Of a stretch of 64,000 nucleotides of DNA, positions 38,496 through 52,113 are shown in pieces. Under the pieces are notes generated by a model, which was given only the letters and a program-made list of their open reading frames with translations, had not been told where the DNA came from and did no database searches. Both the position numbers and the translations under genes were made by a program. Numbering within the stretch: position 1 is the stretch's first letter; each line of letters begins with the position of its first letter. The DNA lies in contig JAPEUD010000041.1 of assembly GCA_026026165.1 (NCBI GenBank), forward strand, positions 124,001-188,000, written 5' to 3'. The DNA is from Sarea resinae. Its lineage: Eukaryota.

Positions 38496-38595
38496 GGGTG
38501 AGGTTTGATCAAGGTGCACCCCCTACAACTGTTTCTACAGCTACTATTAATATATAGCTATAATACAAATAGAGACTGGTAGTTTTTGAATAATA

Positions 38596-38647
38596 TCTCT
38601 TTCTCCCTCTCTTCCTCTCTCCCTCTCTCTCTCTCTCTCGCTACATC

Positions 38648-38700
<53 letters not shown>

Positions 38701-38745
38701 AACCCACCCAACCACCAACAAACAAATCAACAAACAAACAAACAA
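38596..38745. repeat. Compound (CT)n, (CA)n and (CAAA)n microsatellite between convergent genes
   Basis: Read directly. Confidence 0.95.
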
Positions 38746-41700
38746 CTACGCCCACCCAAACACCTCCCCGACGCTCAAGAAGCTCCACCGGACGCCCACC
38801 AGGCCGACGAAAACGGCCACGAGGTCCACCACGACCAGCACGACGCCGCCCAGCATGAAGCGCGGGCTGAAGATGCGGTACAGCATCAGGTGGCGCCGGA
38901 GCCAGGCGGCCCACGCCGTCGTGGCTAGGTTGACCGTCGCGAAGTAGAGCAGAAATGTGGCTGTGGCTTTGGCGACGTCGGAGAGGAGGTGGGACGAGTG
39001 GGACGAGTGTGAGGGCTGGGAGGGTGTTGTGGTAAGGCTGCGGCCTCCTCCACCACCACCACCGCCGCCGGGCGGCTGCTTCCAGAGCACGAGCAGGGGC
39101 ACCGCGACGGCGGCCAGGATGTGCGCGCCGAACGTGTTGAGCACCACCAGCAGCGGCGACCACGGATAGCGCACCGTCTTGAGCGGCACAAAGGCCGCCT
39201 CCCACTGGATGCTGGCGAGCGTGGCCTGGTGGCCCGTGGTGAAGTAGTGGAACGAGCCCAGCATGGCCAGCACGACGGGGCCGATGGCCGACCGCGACAG
39301 GTCCGACGTGTCGACCACCTCGAGCAGCGAGAAGATCTGCCACGCCAGCAGCGCCAGCGCGCCCGATCCCATCGGCTTCTGCACCAGGATCCCCGCCAGC
39401 AGGTAGTTGGTCAGGAGCAGCGCGTAGCGCGAGCCGTGCACGTTGGCGTAGCCGAGGATCGTGATCGAACGCCCTGTTCCAGGCGTCGCCGTCGTCGTCG
39501 TCGTCGTCGTCGTCGTTGAGGGCACGGCTGGGGTTTTGAGTGTTTTGGGGGAAGGCGCGACAGCGTCGTTCTCGTTGGATGCCTCGATGTTGACGCACGG
39601 CGTCGCCCAGGCAAAGGTGGTGCTGCCCGCCGCCAGGGCTATGGCAAGCACGAGCTGAGCGATCAGCGTTCGCGCCGTCTTCAGAGCCGTCGTGTTCGAC
39701 GCGAACCAGTCGCCGTCATCGGCAGCGTCCAAGACCCAGAAGATGGCGCTCAGGAGTAACCCCACGCGAAAGGCGAAGCCTATCCAAAAAGTCGCCGGGC
39801 CCTCGTAAGATTTGGTTCCGTTGTAGTACGATCGGATCACGCTAGGAAGCAGTAGGGTGACGACGAAAGGTATGGCGAGCTGCCAGGGAGCAGAGGTCGA
39901 CGAGGTGCTCGAGGCGTAGTAGGTGGATCTGCAGTACGGCATCTGCTCTTCGCGGCATAATCGCGAAAATGACGCCACTCGGCCAAGAACCATAAACAAG
40001 ACAGAATGATAGGACCCAAGCGCCCTGTCGGTGACGCTTTTCTGGCGGAGAGACGAAGCTAGGCCGAGGGCTCCAAACGTCGCGAGGAAGAACAGTAACA
40101 TCTGGTCCTCCCAAATGGTATAAGAATTGGACGCAAATCCAACAGATTGAGCGACGGTAAATAGCACAGCAGCCCAGCCCCATATTGAATTTGGAAATGG
40201 TAGAGAAAAGATCTTCCGTTGGAAGGTGGCAATAGATATAGCGCCAAACACTCCTCCCATGGCAGTACCGTACAGGCCAGCGCTCACGATAGCGACTTGT
40301 GGAAGAGCTAGGCCTGAGAGTGTGCCGACGGCAGCACCAATGCAACTGCCTATAAAAATCCTGATCAAAAGAAACGGCGTCAAAGCGATGGCATCCCCTC
40401 GAATACCCCTGGCATAAGCTGCGAGGAGCACCACACCAACGAATAGAAGCCCAATACCAAAACCCATACTTGGGACATCAAATCTCGCCCACAGGCTTCG
40501 ATATATACTCAATGTTTCTTTCTGATACTTCGAGAAAGCGACATATGCGTCCTTCCATTTCTCGTCATTGGCCTTTTTAGAATTCGAAGCGGTCTCCCAT
40601 TGGAATGTCGCACCGTTCCATAACGCCAGTGGACCGGATGTCGGTTCAGCTTCCAGACCTCTGGCATTGGCATATTCATTTTGATATCTCATGACTTGCG
40701 CTCCGGCCAAGCGGTTGACGATAGCCAAGTTCCTCCAGTCCTGCCCGCTCTTGCCTACAAAGGCTTCCTCAATAGGCGCTCCGAGATTGTTGAAGGGAAT
40801 CGGTAGGCCAAGCAATAGCGAGAGCGTTGGTACCAAATCGATCTGAGCTACTGGGCGTTCCTTTGCGTTACTGGGGGGTTCAACAAAAGCTGGATCGCTG
40901 CGGCCAAAGATCCCCTTCTTTGAATACATCCAAAGAGCGGCCTCGATCTCATCGTCAGATTCGCCCCCGTGATCTCCCTTGGCATCCATCCCATGATCTC
41001 CCATGACAACCAGCAGAGTATCATCATCGAGAAGCTCCACGATCTCCCGGAATGTCCGATCCATCTGTTGCAATTTCGCAGTCATTGCTGGATGATCAGG
41101 TCCATATCGATGCCCGGCGTGATCGACACCCAGATAGTGGCCAAAAACGACGTCCCATTTACTCGAATTGACCGGATTCAAAAGAGGTAGCAGATGCTCT
41201 GAGACTCCGTTATCGACAGTATGGAGATCCCAGACGTTGAAGGAGTCATACGCATGGGTGAGATTGACATCAAAATATCCAGGAAACAGAGAGTTCCAAG
41301 TGTCATCCCCAAGCTGCACTAGGGTTTTGCCCGCATCCCGTAATTGTGCTATAAGGTTGTCCTCCTCAATAGCTGTCCCCGCAAAGTTTGAGCCAGCATC
41401 AATGAACGTCGGCAGGGTCCCTGTCGTGAGGCCCTTTAATCTTTGAAGAGTTGTAGTTGGTGGATCGGCGATGAACGGTAAGAGAAAGGCATTGTTCGGT
41501 TGCTCCGTCGCGGTTTCATAAAAGAAGGGAAGCGCATTGTGAAAATGATGAGGCGCTTCTAGCTCATTGCTTGGTCGGAAAGGAACGGTGAAGTCGTACC
41601 GGAGGGCATCGACTATGATGACAACAGCTTTGTCGAACGTCTTTGGATGCCAGCAGCCATCATCAGATGCAATTGGCGCATTGACAGGCTCGGACAGCGA

Positions 41701-42071
41701 CGGTGGTACATCGCATTGTGATTTGCGATCCAAGACGAGGCGTGTAAGGAGAAAGCCCTTGGTGAAGAAATAAATGCCTACGACATGCAGGAAGCTTGGG
41801 GTAAAAGGGTCAGCTTTCTTACTACCTCGGAGACATGGTCATCGGAGGCTTACAGTAGCCACGAGAAAAGGCCGATCAGTAGTCCATGTGAAGCCTTGAA
41901 CTGCAGCGCCTTGTGCTCGTTCAGCTTCTTCCTCTGGTCAGAGAGGCTCTTGCCGGCCGCTTCGTCCTTTTGTTTCAAGGCTTTGGCTTGCGCAAACTGC
42001 GCAGCAATCTCCTTGTACTCGGACGATGGAGGGGACCGCTCCATGGCTCGAGCCGAAGTTTCGACTGTCAT
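38746..42071 (-). CDS. GPI13: GPI ethanolamine-phosphate transferase 3 (PIG-O)
   Basis: GIYFFTKGFLLTR after intron 41853-41795; IIVDALRYDF, ADPPTTTLQRLKGLTTG, GVDHAGH, GDHGM, LRRHLMLYRIFSPRF. Start is at 42071 or 42044. Confidence 0.95.
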
Positions 42072-42734
42072 GAAGAGAGCATCTCACGCCAAACCACCGC
42101 GGTAGATGATTTCCCTGGCTGGTTCCAGAACAGAAATGTCGCCAGTCCGACGCAAGCTAGGTGGTGTTGAAATAACGGGACTTACCGATCATAGTAGAAT
42201 CTACTTCACATCACAATCAACTTCGACGTGTACTCCGTACTCCGTACGCGTCCTACTGCGTACACGATCATAGTACCGACTACAGTACAACGGTCAGGAT
42301 GCTTTCGATCAACAGATACGGGCGGGAACAAGATTCGGTCCATTCAGGATCGCATTCAAGGTATCCGACTTTCGTGCCGAAAGACTCGACATGATTAAGT
42401 AGCATACATTATGAGAAGAAGAAAACTATACAAGTCTCAGAAAGAACGCCTTTACAAGAAGTCTCAGTGCGTCCCTTGAAAACTTGACGGTGTCGGGTAC
42501 CGCATCCTCTGTGCATGGATAGTCGCAACCCTCGGTCATATCAGGGCAACGAGACAAGCCGCCTCAAAGGCGTCCGGGGTGTCCACTGAGGTTGAAACTG
42601 CCGTAAGCCAGAAAAGGATTCTCGCTCATGGAAAAGAAATACGAACGGTCGTTATGGAAAATCTGCTGCGTGCGTTGCTGGGATACGTTCTGTGCAGGGA
42701 GCGGAGCATTCGAAAGATGTTTGTCCAAGTAGGG

Positions 42735-42763
42735 GTCGATTAGTCGATTAGTCGATTAGTCGA
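42735..42763. repeat. 8-bp tandem repeat GTCGATTA, about 3.6 copies
   Basis: Read directly; downstream of the 192-aa gene. Confidence 0.9.
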
Positions 42764-42805
42764 AAATATGCTCGATAGTGTAGTTGCGGGTCGGCGGGGC
42801 GGCGA

Positions 42806-43384
42806 TTATGCCCATTCCTGTTCTCCGGCCTTCTCCTTCAACCCTCCGATCCGTTCCAAGTCCAGCGACTGAAACCTCTCGGCATCACTCTTCTGGTATG
42901 GTGGAAGGTTCTCCTCGTCCAGTGGCTCCAATCCGACACTGGTATCGCCCACTCTGACAACCACGACCCTTCCAGATTTTCTCTTGCCAGACTCATCCTC
43001 CTCTTCCGGGAAGGTGATGCGGATTTCGGGGATAGGGCTGGTAGGTGAGCTGGACGCATTCTCCATGAGGGTTTGCTTCTCGTTGTACACGTAGATGGAT
43101 TCGGAATGTCTACCGAACGGAGCAGCCGTGATGGTGAGACGACGATGATTCGAGGATCGCTTGGATGCATCCTCGTTGTACATGGGAAGCTCGCTGGCCT
43201 TTCTCGACCTTCTCCGGTTCCGGAGGATGAAGAGGCCAGCGATGAGCAGGAGACCGACGAGAACGAGAACGAGAAGGGCGATGAGCAATTTGACCATAGC
43301 GGGGGTAAGACCGTTGCTCGACGAATCGCGCACGACAAGGATATGATAGCTCTCCATCGAAGATGGTGGTGGTGGAGTAGGCAA
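42806..43384 (-). CDS. 192-aa single-pass membrane protein of unknown function
   Basis: One long hydrophobic helix (LLIALLVLVLVGLLLIAGLFIL) followed by RNRRRSRK. The tail PEIRITFPEEED..GRVVVVRVG..GLEP..LPPY..RFQSLDLERIGGLKEK looks like genuine protein. Confidence 0.8.
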   Translation of the reverse strand: MPTPPPPSSMESYHILVVRDSSSNGLTPAMVKLLIALLVLVLVGLLLIAGLFILRNRRRSRKASELPMYNEDASKRSSNHRRLTITAAPFGRHSESIYVYNEKQTLMENASSSPTSPIPEIRITFPEEEDESGKRKSGRVVVVRVGDTSVGLEPLDEENLPPYQKSDAERFQSLDLERIGGLKEKAGEQEWA

Positions 43385-46300
43385 GTTATTCGAGTTGGTG
43401 GCTGTGAAAGAGTGACTGGTTGAGAGATCGAATACGAATTGCTGTCGTCTGTCACGCCGGTCAGTCAGTCATCGTGACATGCGAGTCGAGCCTCTCGGCC
43501 ATTGAGTGGAATGTCGAGCATACCTGGCTGCAAAAGAACGCGCGAGCTGTCGAATTGAACAGGAACAGTATTGGGGTAGACGATGTTGGTGTTTTGGGTC
43601 GAAATCGAAGTCGAATGGGTCGAGTGGTCGTGGTGAACGAATGGAAGCAAGGTAAAGGGCTAAGAGAGTGAAGCCGATACCTGCAAGAACGAAAGAACGT
43701 GAGGAGGAAGGGAGAGGATGAGCGCGACAATGGACGAAAAAGGATGGATGTGAAGACGAGAGAGCAGGAGAGCAGAGCAGGAGAGCAGAAGGAGGTGAGG
43801 AGTGGACCGTCGACGGGGCTCTGTCGCCGGCGGGTGCTGGTGCGTAGCGAGTCCAGTGGCAGGCCGTCCGCACTCGCCAACGGGAAATGAGCATGCACCG
43901 ACACGGTTAGAGCCGCAGGCTCAGCAGAACGACCACGACGGCACAACACGACGCTGACGGCGCCCGGGGCCAATGAGCTCGCCGCCTCTGCACCCCGTCG
44001 TCGCCCTGCTCGCGATCCAACAAGTTAGACTGGCATGCCGCACATCAATCCATTCCACATCGAGAGTAGAGATGCTCGTGATGATTTCCCTTTTCGACCG
44101 TTGCTGGCGCCTTGAATGCTGCACCCTTTCTGTCCTCCGGTCGATAGGATATCCCTGAGAGGAGCGGAGATAAGACCGCGCAGATGCCTTGACTTACTCG
44201 AGATACTCCCTGGTGATCATGAACGCAGCACACAGCGCGAGGTGGAAAGGGAGAGGGAACGGGCGAGAGAGAGAGCACCGCTGAGGACCGCATGCTCGAG
44301 CTAGGAACCTCAGTCATATGGGCGCTTACAACGAGGTCGCCTCTTCAATTTGGGCACCGTCAACAGCATCAGCAGCAGCTGTCTGCGCACCATACCATGC
44401 ATGCAGCATGCATACATCAAGATGCATCAAATAGATACCTACCTACCCACCTACCTAGCATCCGAGAGTAGCCAGCCGCCCACAACCAGCAACCTTGAAA
44501 ATCAACATCGCCAATGCCGACTATCTCAGTCGATACTCGGCGCTTCGAGTCTTTCACGTCACCAAGTGTCGTGCAAGGTACCCGGCGTGAAGAATGTATT
44601 TTGGTACTGTCTTGGCCTCACCCAGACAGGCTCGACCAGCAAGCGCCCTCCTATTCCCATGGCGTCAAGACTCGTCGTCCCCGCCTTGCGCGGCCGTGTA
44701 TGGTGGGGGCTGAATGTTGACTGGCATGGAGGGATCCTATTTCGAGATTGTCTCTAGGGCATACTTGGGTCCTGCTCAGGTGCCAGGTGGTTGCCATTCC
44801 AGCTCTGTCCGTCGCATTGCGTTTGCGCCGTCGCTTGATAGGTACATGTGTCATTTCAGGAATGGTGGTAGGTCATCATCTAGAAAATGGGATGTGGGGA
44901 GCGGATTGCCTTCATTTTCTGCCTCGAGCCATGAGGTCCTCGGTAGTTGGGAGCATGACTTCAATCTACTCCTAGGGACCCAGAAACAATTTGAAGTACT
45001 AACTTGCCATCAGCAAGCATTGGTACCGCTCCTGAAGGCATCAAAGAGCGCAATTAGAGTAGAATTGCCCGATGATAGATCCATAGTATCAAAATCGGAA
45101 CTGTTCTGCGCCAAGAGACATTGACAAGGGGCATACCTCAATTCCTTGGCGCAGACTCGTTAAGATCACCACTCAGCGATATAGCTACCTGCGTACTCTA
45201 CGCTGTACTTCGGAGTAGGTCCTGCCAGTCCGCTGGCACCACGAATGCAATGCACCACTAAGGGAGGGGATCGATCTCGTGATCAACTGACATGCTCGCT
45301 TTGTGGAATGCAAACCTGAATCCATGTTTTATATGATCCCGGTGAGAATATGGATCCATCAACGCAAGATATTTTGACTGTACGACGATTAACACAAGCG
45401 GGTAAGCAAGGTGGCATGAGATACGGCTAGTAGACTCGGAGCGCACGTTACTCGAGGTGGCCTTGGAGTGCAAGGCAAGGTAAGGTAAGGTAAGGTAGGT
45501 AAGGTAGACTTCGTCCATCTATCGCCATTCAATCTAGCGCAGGGCCTTATCTAGAATGAAACGTGACGGATGAGTATGGGATCAGCAGAGACGAAACTCT
45601 CAAAGTCAATCTCACTTCCCATGATGCTCCGGAGCTATCTCCTAAGTTATTCTCCGACTGATCGAGTCCACGAATGTAGGTATGGTCGATGCACATCGTC
45701 GTCGTCGTTGATGATTGTTCCAGCCCCGTGGGACATGGAAATGTAATGACTTGAACAGGGTCGAATTGATTGGCTCCTACGCGTATCACAAGCGAACGGC
45801 AGCTATCTCAGGCTTGCGACCGGGGCGACGATCGATCAGAAATAAGGTACCGACCATGGATACTTCAATATCGACCAGGGAAACGGGAGATCATGGAATT
45901 GTTGACGGTATGGATCTGAAACATCAGTATCGAGAAGAAGCAGATCGTCGCTCTTTTGGCGCAGGATCGCCCCCAGAGATAAAAGATGCTGGTCTGCTGG
46001 TCCGGGCACACCGAGAGGGGACGGCGTGTGGGGTGGAAAATTAAGATGCGTGGGGTAGCAATGGGGCGGAGGCGGAGTGGAGGACGGGGCGTGGAGGTCA
46101 GGCATGAAGTCTCTACGAAAACCCTATGCCCCAACGAGAGTGTTGAAACGTCAATGATAACGGCATGGATCGGGGGTTCGGAATGGCCCAGATGTTATTG
46201 CTCGACGGAATCCCCCAACGTTCCGTTCATATGACGGTAAAGCACTGCATTTACTCATACTCGATGCGCAAACAGGCGGCCTGCCGCAAAGTCCAATAAC

Positions 46301-48928
46301 CATAAGGTTGGTAGGTAGGTAGGTAAAGCAATATGTCCTTAGCGTCGTCGAGGACGTGTGGTGAGCTAGGTAGGTTGTACGCAGTATTACGTGCATCTCT
46401 TCCCGGGCTGGCCTTGACGATAGGACGGTCTTCAGTCTGCGGTCTTCGTCGTACAGATTCTGTAGGTGTAGCTATTGCAGCGATAAACGCCATGGCTGCT
46501 CTCACCAGTAGGCTGGCTGCAGATAGCTTGCCACCCTCGAGAGACTAAGGTACCGGACTGGTAGTTGCAAATCCTTGTCCGAGGTTTGGGGGTACGCACT
46601 GAGCGAAAGCTGCCACTGCAGGCTTGAATGATACACAGTCACAAAGAGATACTCGATTGAAGAGCATAAGCCTTCAATGATAGCTAAAGTGGAGAAGTGA
46701 TGTATCAACTGTCTAGAGAATGTTCTGCTGTTCACTATGAGCCAATGCCAGTCTCTGACGGTAAAAAGAGGGAGAAGCATCGTGACTGGCTGATTGAGGG
46801 TCGAATTTTGATTCTATCCAGCCAACCTCGGTCCTCGCCCCACCGTCTTGCCTTTTCCCTTTTCTTCTTCGAGAAGTACCATTCTCTCAACAGCTTCGCT
46901 AGGTACTAAGGCTGCTCTCGTGAGGCGGCGTAAAGTACGGAGTAGGTATTCCAGATCTCAAACGTCTAGTCTATAAGGCTTACGACTCCCTGCTCGCCGG
47001 CGTGGATTGTGACGGGTAACGAGCCTGGTCCGTCGAGTGCATACGATCGGCAGGAAGATCTTCGTGGAAGCGCAGGAGAGTGGCGGAGGCCATCCATGGA
47101 TAGATACCTTAGTACGGAGGACGGCGACGATGATCGAGTCGTACTATCTCGTACCTTGGACGGTTTCGTACCTCTTTGGCTCGCTCTTTGCTTTCCACGA
47201 CCGGAACTGAGCGCGACGACAAGAAATGAAGGCCGAGGTATTTAACGCGTAGCGGAACGACGTCCATTTGCATCTCGACCTGTCTGTGGGATTGACAGGC
47301 TGGCTTTGAAACTGTTCTTGAGAGATGGATGGAATGGCCTGTCAGCCATCTTGCTCGTACTTCTCTGTCTCTGTCTCTCTCTCTCTGCGAGAGTACCGAG
47401 TAGCCTCGACGTGGACTTGGCCATTTGAGGGAAAGTACAGTCTGGAAGCAAACCAGGGTCGCGCCGTCGCCGTCCCCGCCCCGGCGCCATCTCCAGGCTC
47501 GCCTGCAGTCTCTGTCCAGCTGTCGCTGTCCCTCTCTCTTTCCCCTTCTCTCTCTCGCTCTTCCTCTCCCTCTTCTCTCTGCTCTTGCTTTCTCTCTGTC
47601 TCTTTCTCCCACCGAGCAGGTACCTGCAAACCCGCCCGTCGACGGAAGGTACTCGGTCAGGAAGTATCGCCACCCCATGTAAGGTTAGGGCAAGGTACCT
47701 CGGTCACATCGTCGCCCAGGTAAGCGCAGACAACCTGTCGAGTCCCGGGTGGCCTAAGGCAAGTCACTCGCGGCGGACTAGTACCAGCCCGGTACCTGCC
47801 CACTAGGTAGATTGAGTTGTACTTGGACGATGCCGCCGTCTCTTTACACGGTATTAGCTCCGGCGACCCTGCCAGGTCTTCAACCATTCCCCCATTGCTA
47901 GGACGGATACAGAACACATCGAGACGCCGTACTTGCCCCGTACTGCCGTAGCAGGTCTTGTATATCAGAGACGTGCGATACAAGCCAGGCCCTCGCTCGA
48001 GGCCAGATCAATCATATCGACCGTGGTCGATCGATACGAAGATAAAAACAGCATTCCCTCGTTCTTGTAGTCCACGACCGACCGCCTTGCCTCACATCAC
48101 CTTACTTACTGACCTGCTTCCTTTCTTGCCCACCGGTCGAAGACTGATCGTCTTTCCACCGTCGACAGCCTCCATCACTATCACTTCCGGTCTTTGCAGC
48201 CTTGGCAGTCTTCCGTCTTCCGTCTTCGAGAGAGCTGGGCTCTGTCATCTATTCTATCCCCCATCCCTCCCTTGGACGACTTCGAACAACAAACCACGAC
48301 ATCCCATCCACCTCCGTCCATCCCTCATCGCTCGCCCCTCGCGCATCCTGTAACTCTCCACCCCCCCACCCCTTGCTTCCTCTTTACTCTCTACCGACCC
48401 CAGAACCCCCAGAGGAGCCGGCAAAGCTACACAGTCTCAATGATAGCCAGTCCCAGTACGACTTGTGGATGCGCGTGAAGTCTATGCGACGAGGGAAAAG
48501 ATTACCGTCTGGCCTGCAGACCCTCGCTCCACGGCTGCCTGCTCATATTACACACCCGTCGCCCCAGCCGGCTCGAAACAAACGAGGAGGTGGTTTCCGA
48601 CGATAAATCTCTCTTTGTTCCCCAACCTGAGGTTGTCCCCCCCAGCAATCTGTACGCTCGATATCATTGTACATGCCTCCTGTGCCCGCGGCGATACATA
48701 GATTCACGACTGTATCGTGTCGAGTGAGTAGCGACGCTGTCGACCACGGCCATCATCCGGCACATCGGTCGTGATCGCTGACTCTACTGAACGACAGCTT
48801 TTGAGGCCGCTTAAACATAAACAGCACTCGTATTGGGTGGTTCCGTCTCACGCCTGCTTCTTTTACGCCGGCGCCCTCCAAAACACCTCCTCGATAGAGT
48901 CCTACCGACCCTTGACTTCATCAGAGCG

Positions 48929-51900
48929 ATGTCTGCTAGTACGATCAATCGGGCAGGTGTCCCCACGGGTAGTGTAAGTCAACCAGCCCTTCCCGATGCT
49001 GTCCTTGAGCGTATTCGCTAACGATCACCATCATCGTAGATCCGCAACGGTCGTCTGGCGGATTTTGCTTCGGCTCACAGCAGGAGCAACGGTGACGATT
49101 CGCGGTCTGCTCCGAGCTCGTCGTTGACTCCCGGTTTCGCAGCTGGGACCTCGGGCTGGACCGGCGGAATATGGGGAAACACAGCTTTAGGGAGCGGATT
49201 CGGGAATGGCAATACTGAGTCAACTCGTAACCTTGGTCAGTCAGCCATCCGTGTCCGAGTTCGTATGGGTGAATGCTGACACGTTTCCAGTCGATGAATC
49301 ACCCTTCTTAAAGCCTGGCAATCCTTCGTTCGATTCGAAAAATGCATCGGGCTCGTTGGTAGCATCTGGAGAGACAAGTGCGTGGGGTCGTCAAGGGTTA
49401 CCCTGGAATTCCACCGGATCAACATCGCCCTCACACCAGAATGTCCGACCGCGAGATGCAGGCAGCTCTCCGATTCGGCATCGTACCAACAATCAAACGT
49501 CTTCCCAAAGCTTCCCTGACAATTCTGGAAGCAAATCGCCATACTTTTCACTGCCACAACCGGCGATTGGCCAAGGAGTGGCAAGCAAATCCCCTCACAA
49601 ACATGCTCTGGATCCAACAACCGGGAGCTTTGTTACCTCCAGAGCGACCAACGATCGATCGAATAACTTTGGGGCTTTCCAGAGGTTCAGTGCCGACGAG
49701 GAGAATCGCAGGCAACTTGGCTCCATGATGAGTCCTTTTGAAAATAATGGAAATATAAATGAACGTCAAGGGGGTCCCGATGCTGAGTATCTTGCCTCGC
49801 GTCCTCCCGCAGCTTTGGGGAGCGAGAGTCTTTCGCATTCACGCAACGGTACAGACACGGGGCAATACAGCATGCCTCCCCGGGATGTGTCGATGTTCTC
49901 GCGCTTTCCACAGGATTCCAATACTTTCAACTCTCACAGGCCTAGCCTATCTGGGCCGACGTCTTCTTTCCCAGCCCGAGGAAATGGCCGTCAAAGTGGT
50001 CTGGATGATCGCAAAGCTGAAATGGTCGCTGACATGAATCGAATGGCAGTTGGTGAAAATGGCCAGCAGCAGAGTCTGTACGGTCAGCAATTCGCAGCCG
50101 CCGCGAACGCCAATGCTCAGCTTCCAGGGCAGACACCCTATGATTTCGGGTACACTCGTCAAATGCAGTCAAACACGCCTCAGCAGGTTTGGAACGTCGA
50201 TGACCCTGCGTTTCAAAATGGAGCATCCACGCCCGAAGGGTTCCCCGAAACCTCCTTTGCAGACCAATTGAATGCTTATCGAGGCCCTCGCTTTGTTGAT
50301 CGCAATTCAGGTTCTCCCGCAGCGAATGACTTGCGACGAAATATCAATAGTCCATTCTATTCTACCGGCGGAACACCCCCAACCGGGTCAGATCAATATC
50401 GAGCACCATCTAGAGACAGCCAGTCTAGTCGACCAACCGGACATCCTGCACTTCTTGATAGGAAGCTGAGGGGACTGCAGCAGGAACAGCAGAACAATTT
50501 CGTACCTCAAGGTAGCCAATATCTGGCGCAGCAGCTAAGGCCATCGTTCAATTCATACGAGTATGGCGTCCAGAGCGGACTCAGAGTAAATGCGCTGCAG
50601 CCTTATTTTCCCGTGCCTTCCTTCGGATCTATGGGCTCCGGTCCTGTACCGCCCAGAGGTCCAGCTCGGGATCAGGAGTACGGACAGAATTTGAGAAGTG
50701 CACTGTTGGACGAATTCCGATCAAATGCTAAAACCAGCAAGCGTTACGAGTTGAAGGACATCTACAACCACGTGGTGGAATTTAGCGGTGATCAGCATGG
50801 ATCGCGCTTTATTCAGCAGAAATTGGAGACCGCCAACAGTGACGAAAAGGATCAGATTTTCCGCGAAATCCAGCCCAATTCAATACAGCTGATGACGGAC
50901 GTATTCGGCAATTATGTGATTCAGAAATTCTTCGAGCATGGCAACCAGTCACAAAAGAAGATTCTAGCAAATCAAATGAAGGGGCACGTATTAACGCTGT
51001 CTTTGCAGATGTACGGTTGTCGAGTCGTTCAGAAGGTACGATCTGATGTGCATGTCATCTTCGATTCAGACTAATGACCATGAAACTCAGGCGCTGGAAC
51101 ACATTTTGACGGACCAACAAGCCAGTCTTGTCAAGGAGCTAGAGGCACACGTCCTGAAATGCGTCAAAGACCAGAATGGGAATCACGTCATCCAGAAGGC
51201 CATTGAACGTGTGCCTGCCGAGCATATACAATTCATCGTCAATGCCTTCCACAACCAAGTGCAGACTCTTGCCATGCACCCTTATGGCTGCCGAGTCATC
51301 CAGCGCATGCTCGAGTATTGCGACGAGTCTTCGCAACTAACGATATTGCAGGGGCTGCATGCTTGCGCCTCCTCCCTTATCGCCGATCAATACGGGAATT
51401 ATGTCACGCAGCATGTTATCCAACACGGCAAAGAGGACGATCGTGAGAAGATCGTGAAGCTCGTCATCGAGCAGCTTGTTGTCTTTTCTAAGCACAAGTT
51501 TGCCAGCAACGTCGTCGAGAAAAGTATTGAGTATGGGTCGAGTGAGCAGAGACATGAGATTGTAGCCACTCTGACGACTACAAATGAAAATGGGGAGAGC
51601 CCATTGCAAGCTTTGATGCGAGATCAGTATGGGAATTACGTTATTCGTGAGTGATTACTTTGCAAGACCAGTCAACAAGGCTAATGCCATTGCAGAAAAG
51701 CTGCTCGGCCAGCTCAAAGGGGCCGAGTATGATGAGTTTGTTGAGAGCATACAGCCACAGCTTGCTCTTCTCAAGAAGCTCACCTACGGAAAGCAAATCA
51801 CTGCCGTAAGTCGCTCCCTCGATATTTTCGAGGCCGACGAAAGCTGACATTTCATCAGATTGAAAAGCTGATATATAATTCATCCACTCCTCCGGATCGC

Positions 51901-52113
51901 TCTCGAGCATCCACTCCTCACGTACATCGAACCAACATATCAGCAGCCCCCACTCCGCCGCTCACTGGGGGAGCACAGAGCCCACAAAGCAGCTCCGTCC
52001 CGAGCGCAACCAGCTCAACTGTCGAAGCTCCTTTCACCGGCACTGGAAAGGGGGAGACCGGCGAAGAAGTGGAGGGTGGAAAGGTCGGTGAGGTAGGGAT
52101 TGCATCTGCTTAG
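48929..52113 (+). CDS. PUF3: Pumilio-family (PUF) RNA-binding protein, Puf3/PUM type
   Basis: Eight Pum repeats ([58 protein letters not shown]). Introns at about 48974-49039, 49235-49290, 51036-51090, 51647-51695 and 51806-51859. Confidence 0.9.

Noticed and set aside
36495..38519. 674-aa antisense ORF
   Set aside because: Shadow of the GC3-rich 739-aa gene on the opposite strand; the translation has no domain-like features.
38558..39598. 346-aa alternative-frame ORF overlapping the GPI13 3' end
   Set aside because: Arg/Gly-rich off-frame read of GC-rich codons that runs into the (CA)n microsatellite (VCVCVC).
47109..47723. Cluster of overlapping ORFs in the long intergenic gap
   Set aside because: Low-complexity translations of CT/GA-rich tracts with no consistent coding signal.
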